In this document: positions 50,241 to 60,777 of the stretch, piece after piece
Layout of the letters: each line of letters starts with the position of its first letter
How positions within the stretch are numbered: the stretch's first letter is position 1
IMG/VR virus record: IMGVR_UViG_3300020000_000010
Coordinates: 33,601 to 97,600 of that record
Reading direction: 5' to 3' (one strand)
Source of the DNA: a virus
Length of the DNA stretch: 64,000 nucleotides
Position numbers and translations under genes: made by a program
The notes under the pieces: generated by a model
Seen by the model: the letters and a program-made list of their open reading frames with translations, nothing else
What the model was told of the DNA's origin: nothing
The model's database searches: none

Positions 50241-50540
50241 ATAAGAATATAGTAGCAATATTATATTTCAACCAGTAATGGTTTAGAAGTTGGGTTGTAA
50301 GAAGTAACTTTAGGTTTAATAACCTGTAATAGTGAAAATGAGATGTCCCCAATACTTATAAAAAACGAATATCTTATATAGAGTGTGGGCTAGGATAAAT
50401 ACCTTGAGAAAGTACCTAGGGAGGTTTGGGAAGACGCAGAACACTTAAAAGGATATTTAATCTAACAGTTTATCTGTTTCTAAAAAGATAAAACTTTTTG
50501 AAGGGCTTCCCATGTTCCTTCTGCAAACAACAGGTAAAAT
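50241..50540 (+). ncRNA. Putative ~300-nt structured RNA
   Basis: Follows its own promoter. GNRA-capped hairpins (GCAA, GTAA, GAGA) and nested stems AATATCTT/AGGATATT, AGTGT/ACACT, CTAGG/CCTAG and TTTATCTGTT/AACAGGTAAA. Confidence 0.6.
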
Positions 50541-50597
50541 TATTCTTCCTGATATACAGTAACTTAACCAAGTTATAATAAAAAACATTATAAAAAA

Positions 50598-50629
50598 TTT
50601 GGAAGTTATAATAATTATTATTATCTTTG
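50598..50629 (+). promoter_or_regulatory. Bacteroidota sigma70-type promoter
   Basis: TTTG-N20-TATCTTTG. Confidence 0.82.
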
Positions 50630-50650
50630 TACTCGAAAATTAGAATACTA

Positions 50651-51028
50651 ATGATAGTAAATATTCCAACAACAAAAGATAGACTTTTCAAACAATATTT
50701 AACTATATTAAATTCTGTATTAACGAAGAATCAGAAATTAACTATATTAGAGATTGAGGTTATGAGTAAATTCTTGTTTATAAAGGATCTTTATAATAGG
50801 TTAGGCTCTGAGTTATCAAATAAGATTTGCTTCCATAAGGAGACTAAAAAACGTATTATAATCTCTATTAAGGAAGAGAGTAATATACAAATATCTATTA
50901 ATAGTCTTAATAATATAATCCTTAGTTTAAGGAAGAAGGGTTTCCTAAAAGAGAGAAGAGTAGAACATATTCCGGTATTTACTAAAGAGGGTAATATAGA
51001 GTTGGTATTTAATTTAAATTTGGTTTAA
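50651..51028 (+). CDS. Winged-helix-like DNA-binding protein (start reassigned to ATG 50651)
   Basis: LTILEIEV...SLNNIILSLRKKGFL. The track's TTG start at 50627 lies inside the promoter. Confidence 0.6.
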   Translation: MIVNIPTTKDRLFKQYLTILNSVLTKNQKLTILEIEVMSKFLFIKDLYNRLGSELSNKICFHKETKKRIIISIKEESNIQISINSLNNIILSLRKKGFLKERRVEHIPVFTKEGNIELVFNLNLV

Positions 51029-51214
51029 TGACTGAAAAACATATATTAATGAACTGGATAAAAAGATCTCAATTAAGAACAATTTATAATTATGAAAAAG
51101 GAAAAGGAAACCTACATAAAGACTTTACTTTTGAAGAATATGTAGAAAGAGCAAGGAGAGTTCTAATAGAATTTCCAAATGGAACTAAAGAAATACACGA
51201 AAGGGTAATAATAG

Positions 51215-51700
51215 ATGATGAGGAATAAGATAGAAGAAGAAAAAGAATTATATAAGAGAATAAATAAGGATTATTATATTCCTTTTCTAGACGAAATATG
51301 TATTAATTTTGAATATGAACTAAGGGAAATTAAAGATAATAAAGAAGAATGGATAAAAATTAATGATTTTACCAATGCTTATGAGTATGAAGATAGTTGT
51401 TTTTATGGATATTATAAGGACTGGAATAATGGTAAAATAAGAGTTAAATACCTAGATAAACAAGATATAGAAGAGTTAGGATTTAAACCTTCACCAGATG
51501 AACCTGAAGAATGGTTTTTATGGAAGGATTCTTATGATAGTTACCAACTATATTTTGATGATAAAACTAGAGATGAACTTAAAAATATGGGTATTGGAAT
51601 AACTATTTATGATAAAGATAGTTCTGATAGAATATTTAATGGTTATATAAAGAATAAAAGCGAATTAAAAAAATTAATGAAACAGTTAGATATAGTATAA
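51215..51700 (+). CDS. Hypothetical protein
   Basis: RVKYLDKQDIEELGF and FNGYIKNKSELKKLMKQL are phage-type motifs. Confidence 0.7.
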   Translation: MMRNKIEEEKELYKRINKDYYIPFLDEICINFEYELREIKDNKEEWIKINDFTNAYEYEDSCFYGYYKDWNNGKIRVKYLDKQDIEELGFKPSPDEPEEWFLWKDSYDSYQLYFDDKTRDELKNMGIGITIYDKDSSDRIFNGYIKNKSELKKLMKQLDIV

Positions 51701-51993
51701 TGATTATACCTAGGGAAATTAAGCTTTTTAATCAAACTATTAAAGTGATATATTCTAGAACTCTTATGGACAAAGAGAATGCATTTGGTCTATGGAGATG
51801 CAGAAATCATACTATATATCTTCAACAATCTACAAGAAAGAATAAACTAACAAAAGAACAAATAGAGGCAACTTTTATACATGAATTAACCCATGCTTGT
51901 TTATATGTAATGGGAGAAGATAAATTATCTAGTAATGAAAAATTTGTATCTACTTTTAGTAATCTAATACACCAATTTATAGAACAAATATAA
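51700..51993 (+). CDS. Small zincin-like metalloprotein
   Basis: TFIHELTHA...NEKFV. Confidence 0.75.
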   Translation: MIIPREIKLFNQTIKVIYSRTLMDKENAFGLWRCRNHTIYLQQSTRKNKLTKEQIEATFIHELTHACLYVMGEDKLSSNEKFVSTFSNLIHQFIEQI

Positions 51994-52277
51994 TGCAAAA
52001 AGAAGTAGATATTATAATAGAGAAAATTGCATTAAAGCATAGACTACCTAAACAAGTAGTTTCTTTAATCTTTGATAGTCAGTTAAGAACTACTAGAGAT
52101 ATTATTAAAGATTCTATAAAGAATAACCATAAAGAAATAGAAGTTTTACCTGTAGTTATGTGGCCTAAATGGGGAAAGTTTATACCAAATATGAAGAGGT
52201 TTAATAAAGTTAAAGAGTTTATAATAAATAGAGATAAAAATGATAGCAATGAGCAAGGAAATAACATTAAAGACTAA
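51993..52277 (+). CDS. HU/IHF-like DNA-binding protein
   Basis: IIEKIA...LPKQVV..I..SQ...V.WPKWGKF, in the position typical of crAss-like late blocks. Confidence 0.65.
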   Translation: MQKEVDIIIEKIALKHRLPKQVVSLIFDSQLRTTRDIIKDSIKNNHKEIEVLPVVMWPKWGKFIPNMKRFNKVKEFIINRDKNDSNEQGNNIKD

Positions 52278-52737
52278 CAAATCTATAGTAGATTTACCTC
52301 CTATAGATACTATAGAGTTTGATGTTTATTTAATGGATAAACATACAGAAGTAATAAAAGCAGATAAAACTAGAATAGTTCTATATGAAAATTTCTTAGA
52401 ATACTATACAAATTATGTTATTGAGCAAGAGTTTGTATATACTAAAGATACCAATACTGATGATGAAGAGCTTTCTAGGTTATTAGAAGACGCTAATACT
52501 GAGCCTAAAAGGATTAAGATAGAAGATCAAGGAGTATTAGCAAAAGATAATATTTATATTAGTAGGTTAATGGAGAATCTACTAAATGAACCTGGAGAAG
52601 GTACTACTTTATTCTATAAGATTATTATAGAGTATTTAAATACTAGTATAGAGTTTACTTTTAAGACTAGGAAAGAACAAACAGAAATTTATAATAAGTT
52701 GATTAACTGGCAAATAAAACAGAATAAATGGAAGTAA
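52240..52737 (+). CDS. Hypothetical protein
   Basis: Packed ORF. Confidence 0.6.
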   Translation: MIAMSKEITLKTNKSIVDLPPIDTIEFDVYLMDKHTEVIKADKTRIVLYENFLEYYTNYVIEQEFVYTKDTNTDDEELSRLLEDANTEPKRIKIEDQGVLAKDNIYISRLMENLLNEPGEGTTLFYKIIIEYLNTSIEFTFKTRKEQTEIYNKLINWQIKQNKWK

Positions 52738-53050
52738 TTAAGAAAATAAAAGACAATATTAGATTATATTTTTTAAAGAATTTTAACTATAAAATAACTT
52801 TAAAAATTTGGAAAGAAAAATGGAATTGGTCTTCTTTAGAAATATATGATCTTCATGAATCTTTAAAAAAAACAAATAAATTACATAAAGAAAAGAATAT
52901 AACAAAGTTTGATGAAAATATATATAATGATATTCAAAAGTATAAAAAAGCAGTATCTGAAAGTTTAGTGTGTTTAGATACTAAAGGAATGAAAGATGCT
53001 TTAGATTCAGAGACTTTATATAAAGGAGTAACTAATAACTTTATAAAAGA

Positions 53051-53278
53051 ATGTTAATGGAAGAGAAAAACACTTTACTAGAAAAACTAAAACTAATCAA
53101 AGAAGGTTGGGGAAACCTTATATGGGAGAATGAAGAGGTAGAAAAGGTTGCTAATATGAGGGCTGTAATATGTGCAGGATGTGATCAAAATAAAGGAGGA
53201 GTGTGTTTTTCCTGCGGCTGTATATTAATATCTAAAACAAGATCTCCTAAAGCAAATTGCCCGCTACAAAAATGGTAA
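53051..53278 (+). CDS. Cys-rich small protein
   Basis: RxxICxxC...CxxCGC...K......CPxxKW. Confidence 0.75.
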   Translation: MLMEEKNTLLEKLKLIKEGWGNLIWENEEVEKVANMRAVICAGCDQNKGGVCFSCGCILISKTRSPKANCPLQKW

Positions 53279-53447
53279 CCCTAATTAATATAGAACCAAT
53301 AACCATCAAATTAGAACTAGAATTTAACGGTATTAAAGCAGATTCTGATATAATCCTAGATAAGGATTCAGATAAAGAGTTAATAGCTTATATAAAAGAA
53401 AAAGGGTATAAAATTGGAGATTTAATAAAGTAATAAAATAAATAAAT

Positions 53448-53939
53448 ATGAAAAATAAAGAAAAAGCAGAAACTAAAGAATTAAATACAGCAAATTATGT
53501 ACATGTTGATGGAGATATGCATTTTGATAAACCAGTGTTAACAACAACCTATAGTTCAACAGGATATGAAGTAAAACATATGCAAACTTCTGAATTTAAG
53601 AAAGAACCAAAAACAATTAATTATAAACCAGCAGGTAAATATATTCTATTAAAAACTAAAGATAAAACAGATTCTGGTATTTTACTACCTAGTAATCTAA
53701 AATCCAATAGTTTAGCTTTAGAAGTAGTATGTGTTGGTAATAAAGTAGAAGATACTAAAGTAGGAGATATGATAGTATTTGATGGAGGAGCATTTGCTTG
53801 GACTATAGATGGAGAGAATTATTATCAGATACATGAATCAGGTATTGCAGGATATGTGTTACATGGAGCAGATATTACTCAAACATCTCAAGATAAGTTA
53901 TTAGAATCTAAAGAACCTACAGAACATTATAACGGATAA
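53448..53939 (+). CDS. GroES/Cpn10-like co-chaperonin with extensions
   Basis: KPAGKYILL..KTDSGILLP..EVVCVG..KVGDMIVF..IDGENY..IHESGI. Confidence 0.8.
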   Translation: MKNKEKAETKELNTANYVHVDGDMHFDKPVLTTTYSSTGYEVKHMQTSEFKKEPKTINYKPAGKYILLKTKDKTDSGILLPSNLKSNSLALEVVCVGNKVEDTKVGDMIVFDGGAFAWTIDGENYYQIHESGIAGYVLHGADITQTSQDKLLESKEPTEHYNG

Positions 53940-54714
53940 AATGAAATATTTTAGTAAGCAAATAAAAGTTATAAAAGATTTTGGAAATTTTGAAAGAGCC
54001 GAACTGCTTGTATTAAAATCACAAGTTAATAGAATAAATAATAATAATTTTAATAAAATAGGAGACTTTTTTCAATATGAAATAGATTTAGTTAAAGAAC
54101 AAGGAGAAGATTTAACAAGGTATATTCTATTTAAATATTTACCTGGTAATTTACAAAGACCATTAGAAGATGAAAAAAAAATAGTAAGTAATATAGATGG
54201 ATATGAATTATTATTATTGGAAAAAGAAACAAAAGAAAAATTAGATAAACAATATTATGGTGTTTAATTTATTTAAAAAGAAAGATAAACCAATACATAT
54301 ATTTTCTCCTAAAAAGTTAAAGAAAGAATATGAGATAGAAGTGGGAAATGTTCCTTTCTATGTTTATATAGAATCTAAAGGAGAACATAATATTACTTTA
54401 AGTAAAATACTTGAAGAAGAACTAGATATAACATTTAAAAATTATGATAGACAAAATAAAGAAAGAGAATATGAAAAAAAAGAAGAATACTACCGATTTA
54501 GAACCTAAAATAGAGAAATTTTGGGATGTTAAATTTAAAGAAGATAATTATGCTTCACAACATGCTTGGGATAGTTTAACAGAAGAAAAGAGAATTTCTT
54601 GGATCTTAGAACAGATAGATCTTATGAAATATAGGATTTTAGTATTTGAAAAGGCTATTGCTATGATTAAAGTACCAACTATTGTTAAAGAAGAATTAAA
54701 AGTAGTAGAATAAA

Positions 54715-55362
54715 ATGTGTAAAAATAATGTAATTTCTAAATATCTTAATATTTCTATAGGATCTAAATTTCAAAAACTAACAATTCTTTCATATTCTCA
54801 TACAACAGCAAAACCAAGAAAGAAAGATAATCAATCTTATTTTTATCATTACTATAACTGTATATGTGATTGTGGAAAAGAATGTGTTAAAAGAATAGAT
54901 TATATAACAAAAGGAAGATGTATCTCTTGTGGATGTTTTGCTAAAGAAAAAGCATACGAAATAGCAAACAAATATTTAGTAACATATAGTAAAACAAGAA
55001 GTCTTGATATTGATAAGCAAAAAGATAGTGCTTTTAATTTAATCTATCAAGAATATAAAAACAATGTTCATAAAAGAGAATTTTCTATAACAAAAAAAGA
55101 ATTTAAAGAATTAATTAATAAAAACTGTCATTATTGCAATTTACCACCTAGTAATAAGAAAACTACAAAAAATAAAAAGGGAATATATTATTATAGCGGG
55201 TTAGATAGAGTGAACACTACTGGAGGATATCACTTAGATAATGTTGTTCCTTGTTGTAAATATTGCAATACTGCAAAAAGAGATAGAAAAAGAGAAGACT
55301 TTATAGAGTGGATTAAGGATATTTATAATAAAACAATATTACAAAATGAGTTTATTAACTAA
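54715..55362 (+). CDS. HNH homing endonuclease
   Basis: CICDCG, SCGC, CHYC, GLDRVN..GGYHLDNVVPCCKYCN.AK. Confidence 0.9.
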   Translation: MCKNNVISKYLNISIGSKFQKLTILSYSHTTAKPRKKDNQSYFYHYYNCICDCGKECVKRIDYITKGRCISCGCFAKEKAYEIANKYLVTYSKTRSLDIDKQKDSAFNLIYQEYKNNVHKREFSITKKEFKELINKNCHYCNLPPSNKKTTKNKKGIYYYSGLDRVNTTGGYHLDNVVPCCKYCNTAKRDRKREDFIEWIKDIYNKTILQNEFIN

Positions 55363-55879
55363 TTTTGATATAGATTCTAATTTCTGGAAAAATAATCCAC
55401 AATTGATTATTCCTAAGGAATTAAACAAACTATATAAAGAAGATAAATCTAAAGATAAAACAAATAGCTCCCAGATAATGTGGGCTATTTGTTTATTTCT
55501 TGATCTTTCTGAAGAAAATAAGTTTAGAAATTTTCCAGAAGAAGATAGAAAGAAACTAATTATAGAAGATTATCTACAAGATCCTAAGTTTAAGTTTGAG
55601 AATTATAAACCAATAATAGATTGGTATATAGAAGGATTATATAGTCCTGCTCAAAGAGGAATATTAAACTGGAGAAGGAAGCTAGAAGAGAGAGATCTAT
55701 TTATAGCAGATACTCCTTATGAATTAGAAACAGCAGAAAAATTAGATAAAGTATTAGCTTCAACAGATAAACTTTATTCTCAGTTAGAAAGACTAGAAAA
55801 GCAATACCAAAAAGAGAATCTTGAAGGTAAAGATAAAGGAGGAGCTACAGCTTCTCTTAGTGATAAAGGTCTTATCTAA
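55346..55879 (+). CDS. Probable terminase small subunit
   Basis: Immediately upstream of TerL and TAATG-coupled to it. Helical, with a C-terminal KGG. Confidence 0.55.
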   Translation: MSLLTNFDIDSNFWKNNPQLIIPKELNKLYKEDKSKDKTNSSQIMWAICLFLDLSEENKFRNFPEEDRKKLIIEDYLQDPKFKFENYKPIIDWYIEGLYSPAQRGILNWRRKLEERDLFIADTPYELETAEKLDKVLASTDKLYSQLERLEKQYQKENLEGKDKGGATASLSDKGLI

Positions 55880-58083
55880 TGTATATAAATAACGAAAACT
55901 TTATAATTAAAGAAATACCAAGATTCATTCCAGAATCCTCTAAACATATAGAATGGTGGAGAGATGAAAAAAGGAAATGTATTGAAGGTACTTGGGTTTC
56001 AGGGAAATATATGCCCGGAGTTACATTCTTTTATGTAAATTTTTGGTATATTAAATTAAAAAAGTCTGAATTTTCTAAGAATGAGATTACTTCTAGACCT
56101 ATGTTAAGAGATCTAGAATGGGAGAAAGGGTATTTATATATAGAAGCTAGAGGTTTTAGTGGATTTTCTTTAGATAAAGAATATACATGTAATGATTTTT
56201 ATAAACCAGAAGTTAGAGAAGTTAATGAAGGACTAGAGATAATTCCTAAAAACAATCTAATTTATGTACATCCTAGAGAATATCTAAGGAAGATTCATAA
56301 AACAAATTTAGGAAAACCTATATATGAAAATGAAGCTAAGAATATAGTTGATATAGAAAGCAGAGGAGGAGGAAAATCATATTTTGCAGCAGCAGTAGCA
56401 GGACATAATTTCTTATTTGATGGTGCCACAGATTATGATGATTATATAAAGGCTAAACAAAATAAAACATTATATTCTTCAGAAACTCTTATAGCCGCAA
56501 TTGATACTAAATATACTAGTCCTTTAATTAATAAATTTTGGTTAGGTATATCAGAACTTCCTGGAAAACAGGAATATAATGGTAGGAAGTTTGCTTCTCC
56601 TTTATATTTAGAACATAAGGGTTCTTTATCTAAATCAAATGATTATATAGAAGCTATTAGAGAGGTTAAATATGGTAATAATTGGGTAGAGGAAGGAAGT
56701 AGATCAAAGGTTCATCATAGAAGCTTTAGAGATAATCCACAGGCAGGAAATGGTATTAGACCAAATCTTATATTTCTAGAAGAAGTTGGATTTATGGGAA
56801 ATCTAGAAGATGCTTTAGGTTCTTTAAGAGATTGTACTATGAATGGTACTTTTAAGTTTGGAACTATATGGATGTTTGGCACAGGAGGAGACATGGAAGG
56901 TGGTAGTACTCAAGCAGTTAAGAATGTTTTTTATAATCCAGAAGAAAATGATTGTTTAGTATTTGAAGATGAATATGAGAATAAAGGGAAGATAGGATAT
57001 TTTGTTCCTGCACATATGACCTTTAATGATTGTAAAGACTCTGAGGGAATAACAGATAAAGAAAAAGCTAAGAAAAAAATAAAAAGACAAAGAGATAAGG
57101 TTAAAGATAGTCCTAAAGCTTTTATTAAAGAACTAGAAAATAAACCTGAAAAACCTTCTGAGGCTTTCTTAACTTCAGATAGTAATATGTTTCCTGTTAG
57201 AGACTGTGAAGATAGATTGGCAGAGTTAGAAACTACTAAATCTATATTAGATGGAACCTGGCAAGGAAGATTAACAATAGATGAAGAGGGAAATGTTAAA
57301 TATAAATTATCAGAAGATAGGGTTATATTTGATTTCCCATTAAAAGATAAATTAAACACAAAAGGAGCTGTTCATATATTTGAACATCCTTATGATGAAG
57401 GAGGAAGACCTCCTAAAGGTCTATATTTGGCAGGATTTGACACAATAGATGATGATGGAATATCAGGATCTCTAATGAGTATTTGGGTTGCCAATACTTT
57501 AACTAATAGAATAGTAGCAGAATATACAGGCAGACATAATCTTGCAGAAGAAGGGTTTGAAATAGTGAGAAGGCTTATTTTATATTATAATGCTGAATGT
57601 AACTATGAGAATCAGAAAAAGGGATTCTATGCATATATGGATAAGAAGAATTGTAATCATATGTTAGCAGATACTCCAAAAATCCTAAAAGATGTAGATA
57701 ATTTAACAATACATGATACTGGAAATAATAAATCTAAAGGAACTAATGCTACAGAAAAGATTAATATATATGCTAGAAGTTGTTTTAAACATTGGTTATT
57801 AAAGAATGCTTATACAACAACAGGAGATGCTGATTATAATAATATTAAAACTATAAAATCTCCAGCTCTTTTAAAAGAGATTATTAACTGGAATCCTAAA
57901 GGAAATTTTGATAGAATTTCTGGCATAGGAATGCTCATGATTCTTATGGAAGATAAATATAAGATTTCTGTAGGAAGATCTTTTGAAGAAGAGGAAGAAG
58001 AAAAAGACGGATATTTTGAAAGACATTGGAACCAAAACAGCTATATAGATCATAAATTTCCAACCTATAATAATGAAAATTAA
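55879..58083 (+). CDS. terL: Terminase large subunit
   Basis: SRGGGKS (Walker A), FLEEVG (Walker B), FGTGGD, nuclease AGFDTIDDD, NYENQKKG and GNFDRIS. Confidence 0.95.
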   Translation: MYINNENFIIKEIPRFIPESSKHIEWWRDEKRKCIEGTWVSGKYMPGVTFFYVNFWYIKLKKSEFSKNEITSRPMLRDLEWEKGYLYIEARGFSGFSLDKEYTCNDFYKPEVREVNEGLEIIPKNNLIYVHPREYLRKIHKTNLGKPIYENEAKNIVDIESRGGGKSYFAAAVAGHNFLFDGATDYDDYIKAKQNKTLYSSETLIAAIDTKYTSPLINKFWLGISELPGKQEYNGRKFASPLYLEHKGSLSKSNDYIEAIREVKYGNNWVEEGSRSKVHHRSFRDNPQAGNGIRPNLIFLEEVGFMGNLEDALGSLRDCTMNGTFKFGTIWMFGTGGDMEGGSTQAVKNVFYNPEENDCLVFEDEYENKGKIGYFVPAHMTFNDCKDSEGITDKEKAKKKIKRQRDKVKDSPKAFIKELENKPEKPSEAFLTSDSNMFPVRDCEDRLAELETTKSILDGTWQGRLTIDEEGNVKYKLSEDRVIFDFPLKDKLNTKGAVHIFEHPYDEGGRPPKGLYLAGFDTIDDDGISGSLMSIWVANTLTNRIVAEYTGRHNLAEEGFEIVRRLILYYNAECNYENQKKGFYAYMDKKNCNHMLADTPKILKDVDNLTIHDTGNNKSKGTNATEKINIYARSCFKHWLLKNAYTTTGDADYNNIKTIKSPALLKEIINWNPKGNFDRISGIGMLMILMEDKYKISVGRSFEEEEEEKDGYFERHWNQNSYIDHKFPTYNNEN

Positions 58084-58133
58084 CCAAAAATACAATATTT
58101 TATACCTAACTTTGTATTTTCCAATAATATAAA

Positions 58134-60656
58134 ATGAGTAGTCCTATAAGTTTGAAGGTAATGCCTTCACAAAAGAAAGCAGATTCAGAAAAAATAGCAG
58201 ATGATTATAAGTGGGGAAAAGACTGTATAGATGGAGCAGAAGGTATGATCCTTCTACAAAATGATTTTATAAGAGCTTCTAGATATAGAAAACAAGTAAA
58301 TTATGATCTATATAATGGTAAGTTACATCCTACAGATATAGAGAGGATTATGAATCCTATGGGATTAAAGAATGTAACTTTTCCAGCACAACTTCAGAAT
58401 CATCCTATTACTAATCCTTATATAAAATGTTTAGTAGGAGATGAGATAGGTAGAAGATTTGATTGGAATCTAAAGGTTACTAATGATGATGCTATATCTG
58501 AAAAGGAGAAAGAGAAATCAGAAGTAGCAAATGAAGAACTAAAATCTATATTATTACAAGGTTTAGAACAACCTCAAGATCCTAATAACCAACAGGCTAA
58601 CCAACAATATGAACAAGAAGTTCAACAAAGGTTAGATCAACTTAATAAAAAGGTAAATCAAAATTATCAAGATAAAAGAGAAATAGCAGGTACTCATTTA
58701 CTTAATCATTACCAAAGAGTTTGTAATATTAAAAATATAAGAACTAGAGGTTGGGAAGATGCTTTATTAGTAGGAGAAGAAATCTATTGTGTAGATATTA
58801 TTAATAATGAACCTATAGTAAGAAAGTGTAATCCATCTAATACCTATTATTTGATTGCTCCTGATAGTTATATGATTGAGGATGCAGATATGATAGTTGA
58901 AGAATATTATGTACCTGTAGCAAGAGTTATTGATGATTATTATGATTATTTAACCCCTAAAGATATAGACTATTTAGAATCTAAAACAAGATATAAAGGA
59001 CAGGCTTCTTATGGTAATTTAGTTAACTATGAATTACAAGATCCTATTTTTGCTATTCCTTTGGGTGCTACCCAGGGGATTGATATTAATACTCTTAATA
59101 CAGGAGCTACGGGATTAACTCCTTTTGATACTCAAGCAAATGTAAGAGTTTTAAAAGCTGTTTGGAGAAGTCTTAGAAAGATTGGTATTCTAACTTATAT
59201 AGATGATAATGGAGAATCACAAGAGAAGAATGTACATGAAGATTATGTAGTACAGAAAGAACTAGGAGAATCTATTAGATATGTATGGATAGGGGAATGG
59301 TGGGAAGGTACTAAAATAGCTAATGAAATCTATATAAAGATTCAGCCAAGACCTGTACAATTTAGAAAACTTAATAATATATCTATATGTGCTTCAGGTT
59401 ATACTGGTACATTATATAAAACAAATGCTAGTCAGGTTCAATCATTATTTGATTTAATGAAGCCTTATCAGTATAAATATAATGTTTATTATCACAGGTT
59501 AGAGAAACTTATGATTAATAATATAGGTAAGGTTGCTAAATTAGATCTAGCTAAAGTTCCTGATGGATGGCAAGTAGATAAATGGCTTTACTATGCTAAA
59601 GAGATGAATATAGCAGTAGTAGATTCTTTTAAGGAAGCTAAAAAGGGAGCAGCTACTGGTAAGTTAGCAGGTAATATGGCAGATAATTCTAATGTTATAG
59701 ACTTATCCTTAGGTACTGAGATTCAACAACATATACATGCTATTGAATATATAAAGTCTGAATTAGATCTTATAACAGGTATTACTCCTCAAAGAAGAGG
59801 ACAGATAAAAACTGCTGATCAAGGATTAGGAGTTACTAATCAAGCAATTGCTTCTTCTTCAACTATTACAGAGTGGTATTTTAAATTACATGATGAAACA
59901 GGATTAAGATTAATGTCTACTGTATTAGAAACAGCAAAATACTGTATGAGAAATGGTAATAAGAATATCCAATATATTACTGATGATATGGACTCTGTGA
60001 TCTATAATTTAGATGGAGAACTTATTAATGAGGCAGAGTATGGATTAACTATGGTAGATAGTACTCAAGATGCTAAAGCTAGACAGAGTTTACAAGCAGC
60101 TTCAGAATTAGCTATTCAAACAGGACAGATAGATCTTATTCAGATGATGGATATTAACTCTAATCAAAGTTATTCTGCTATTAGAAGGAAGATAGAGAAG
60201 TCTATTATGGATAAGCAAGCACAGTTAGAACAAGCAAGAAAAGAAGAGAATCAGATTAAGCAGCAAGAATTAGCAGATAAGAAAGAACTAGAACAACAAA
60301 AGTTGGAACTTGCTAGATATAAGATAGATACAGAAGCTGGTGTAGATTTGAGAAAAGCTGAATTAAGTGCTTTATCTTTTGATGAGGGAGTAGATACTCC
60401 TGAAATAGTAAATACTGCTGAACATGCACTTAATGAAAGAGAATTAATGATTAAACAGTATGATATAGATAAAGCACATAAGATAGAACATCTAAAGATA
60501 GATTCTAATGAAAATATAAAAGAGAAAGAAAGACTAATAAAAGAAAAGGAATTAAAGTTTAAAGAGAAAGAATTAAAAGTAAAAAAAGAGATTGAAGAAC
60601 TTAAAGCACGCACGTCTTTAAAAAATAAAGTCTCAGGCGAGGGTAAAAAGAAGTAA
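58134..60656 (+). CDS. Portal protein
   Basis: Follows TerL. NYDLYNG, WIGEWWEGTKI, SLFDLMKPYQY.Y and ITGITPQRRG match crAss-like portals. Confidence 0.9.
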   Translation: MSSPISLKVMPSQKKADSEKIADDYKWGKDCIDGAEGMILLQNDFIRASRYRKQVNYDLYNGKLHPTDIERIMNPMGLKNVTFPAQLQNHPITNPYIKCLVGDEIGRRFDWNLKVTNDDAISEKEKEKSEVANEELKSILLQGLEQPQDPNNQQANQQYEQEVQQRLDQLNKKVNQNYQDKREIAGTHLLNHYQRVCNIKNIRTRGWEDALLVGEEIYCVDIINNEPIVRKCNPSNTYYLIAPDSYMIEDADMIVEEYYVPVARVIDDYYDYLTPKDIDYLESKTRYKGQASYGNLVNYELQDPIFAIPLGATQGIDINTLNTGATGLTPFDTQANVRVLKAVWRSLRKIGILTYIDDNGESQEKNVHEDYVVQKELGESIRYVWIGEWWEGTKIANEIYIKIQPRPVQFRKLNNISICASGYTGTLYKTNASQVQSLFDLMKPYQYKYNVYYHRLEKLMINNIGKVAKLDLAKVPDGWQVDKWLYYAKEMNIAVVDSFKEAKKGAATGKLAGNMADNSNVIDLSLGTEIQQHIHAIEYIKSELDLITGITPQRRGQIKTADQGLGVTNQAIASSSTITEWYFKLHDETGLRLMSTVLETAKYCMRNGNKNIQYITDDMDSVIYNLDGELINEAEYGLTMVDSTQDAKARQSLQAASELAIQTGQIDLIQMMDINSNQSYSAIRRKIEKSIMDKQAQLEQARKEENQIKQQELADKKELEQQKLELARYKIDTEAGVDLRKAELSALSFDEGVDTPEIVNTAEHALNERELMIKQYDIDKAHKIEHLKIDSNENIKEKERLIKEKELKFKEKELKVKKEIEELKARTSLKNKVSGEGKKK

Positions 60657-60777
60657 AAATATAATAATTTTTATTATATAAATTAAAATAAAAGCTATAA
60701 TAATCAAAACTAACCAGATACAAACTGCTTGATATTCAAAAAATTATTAAGAACTTTGTATCATAATTTAATAAATA

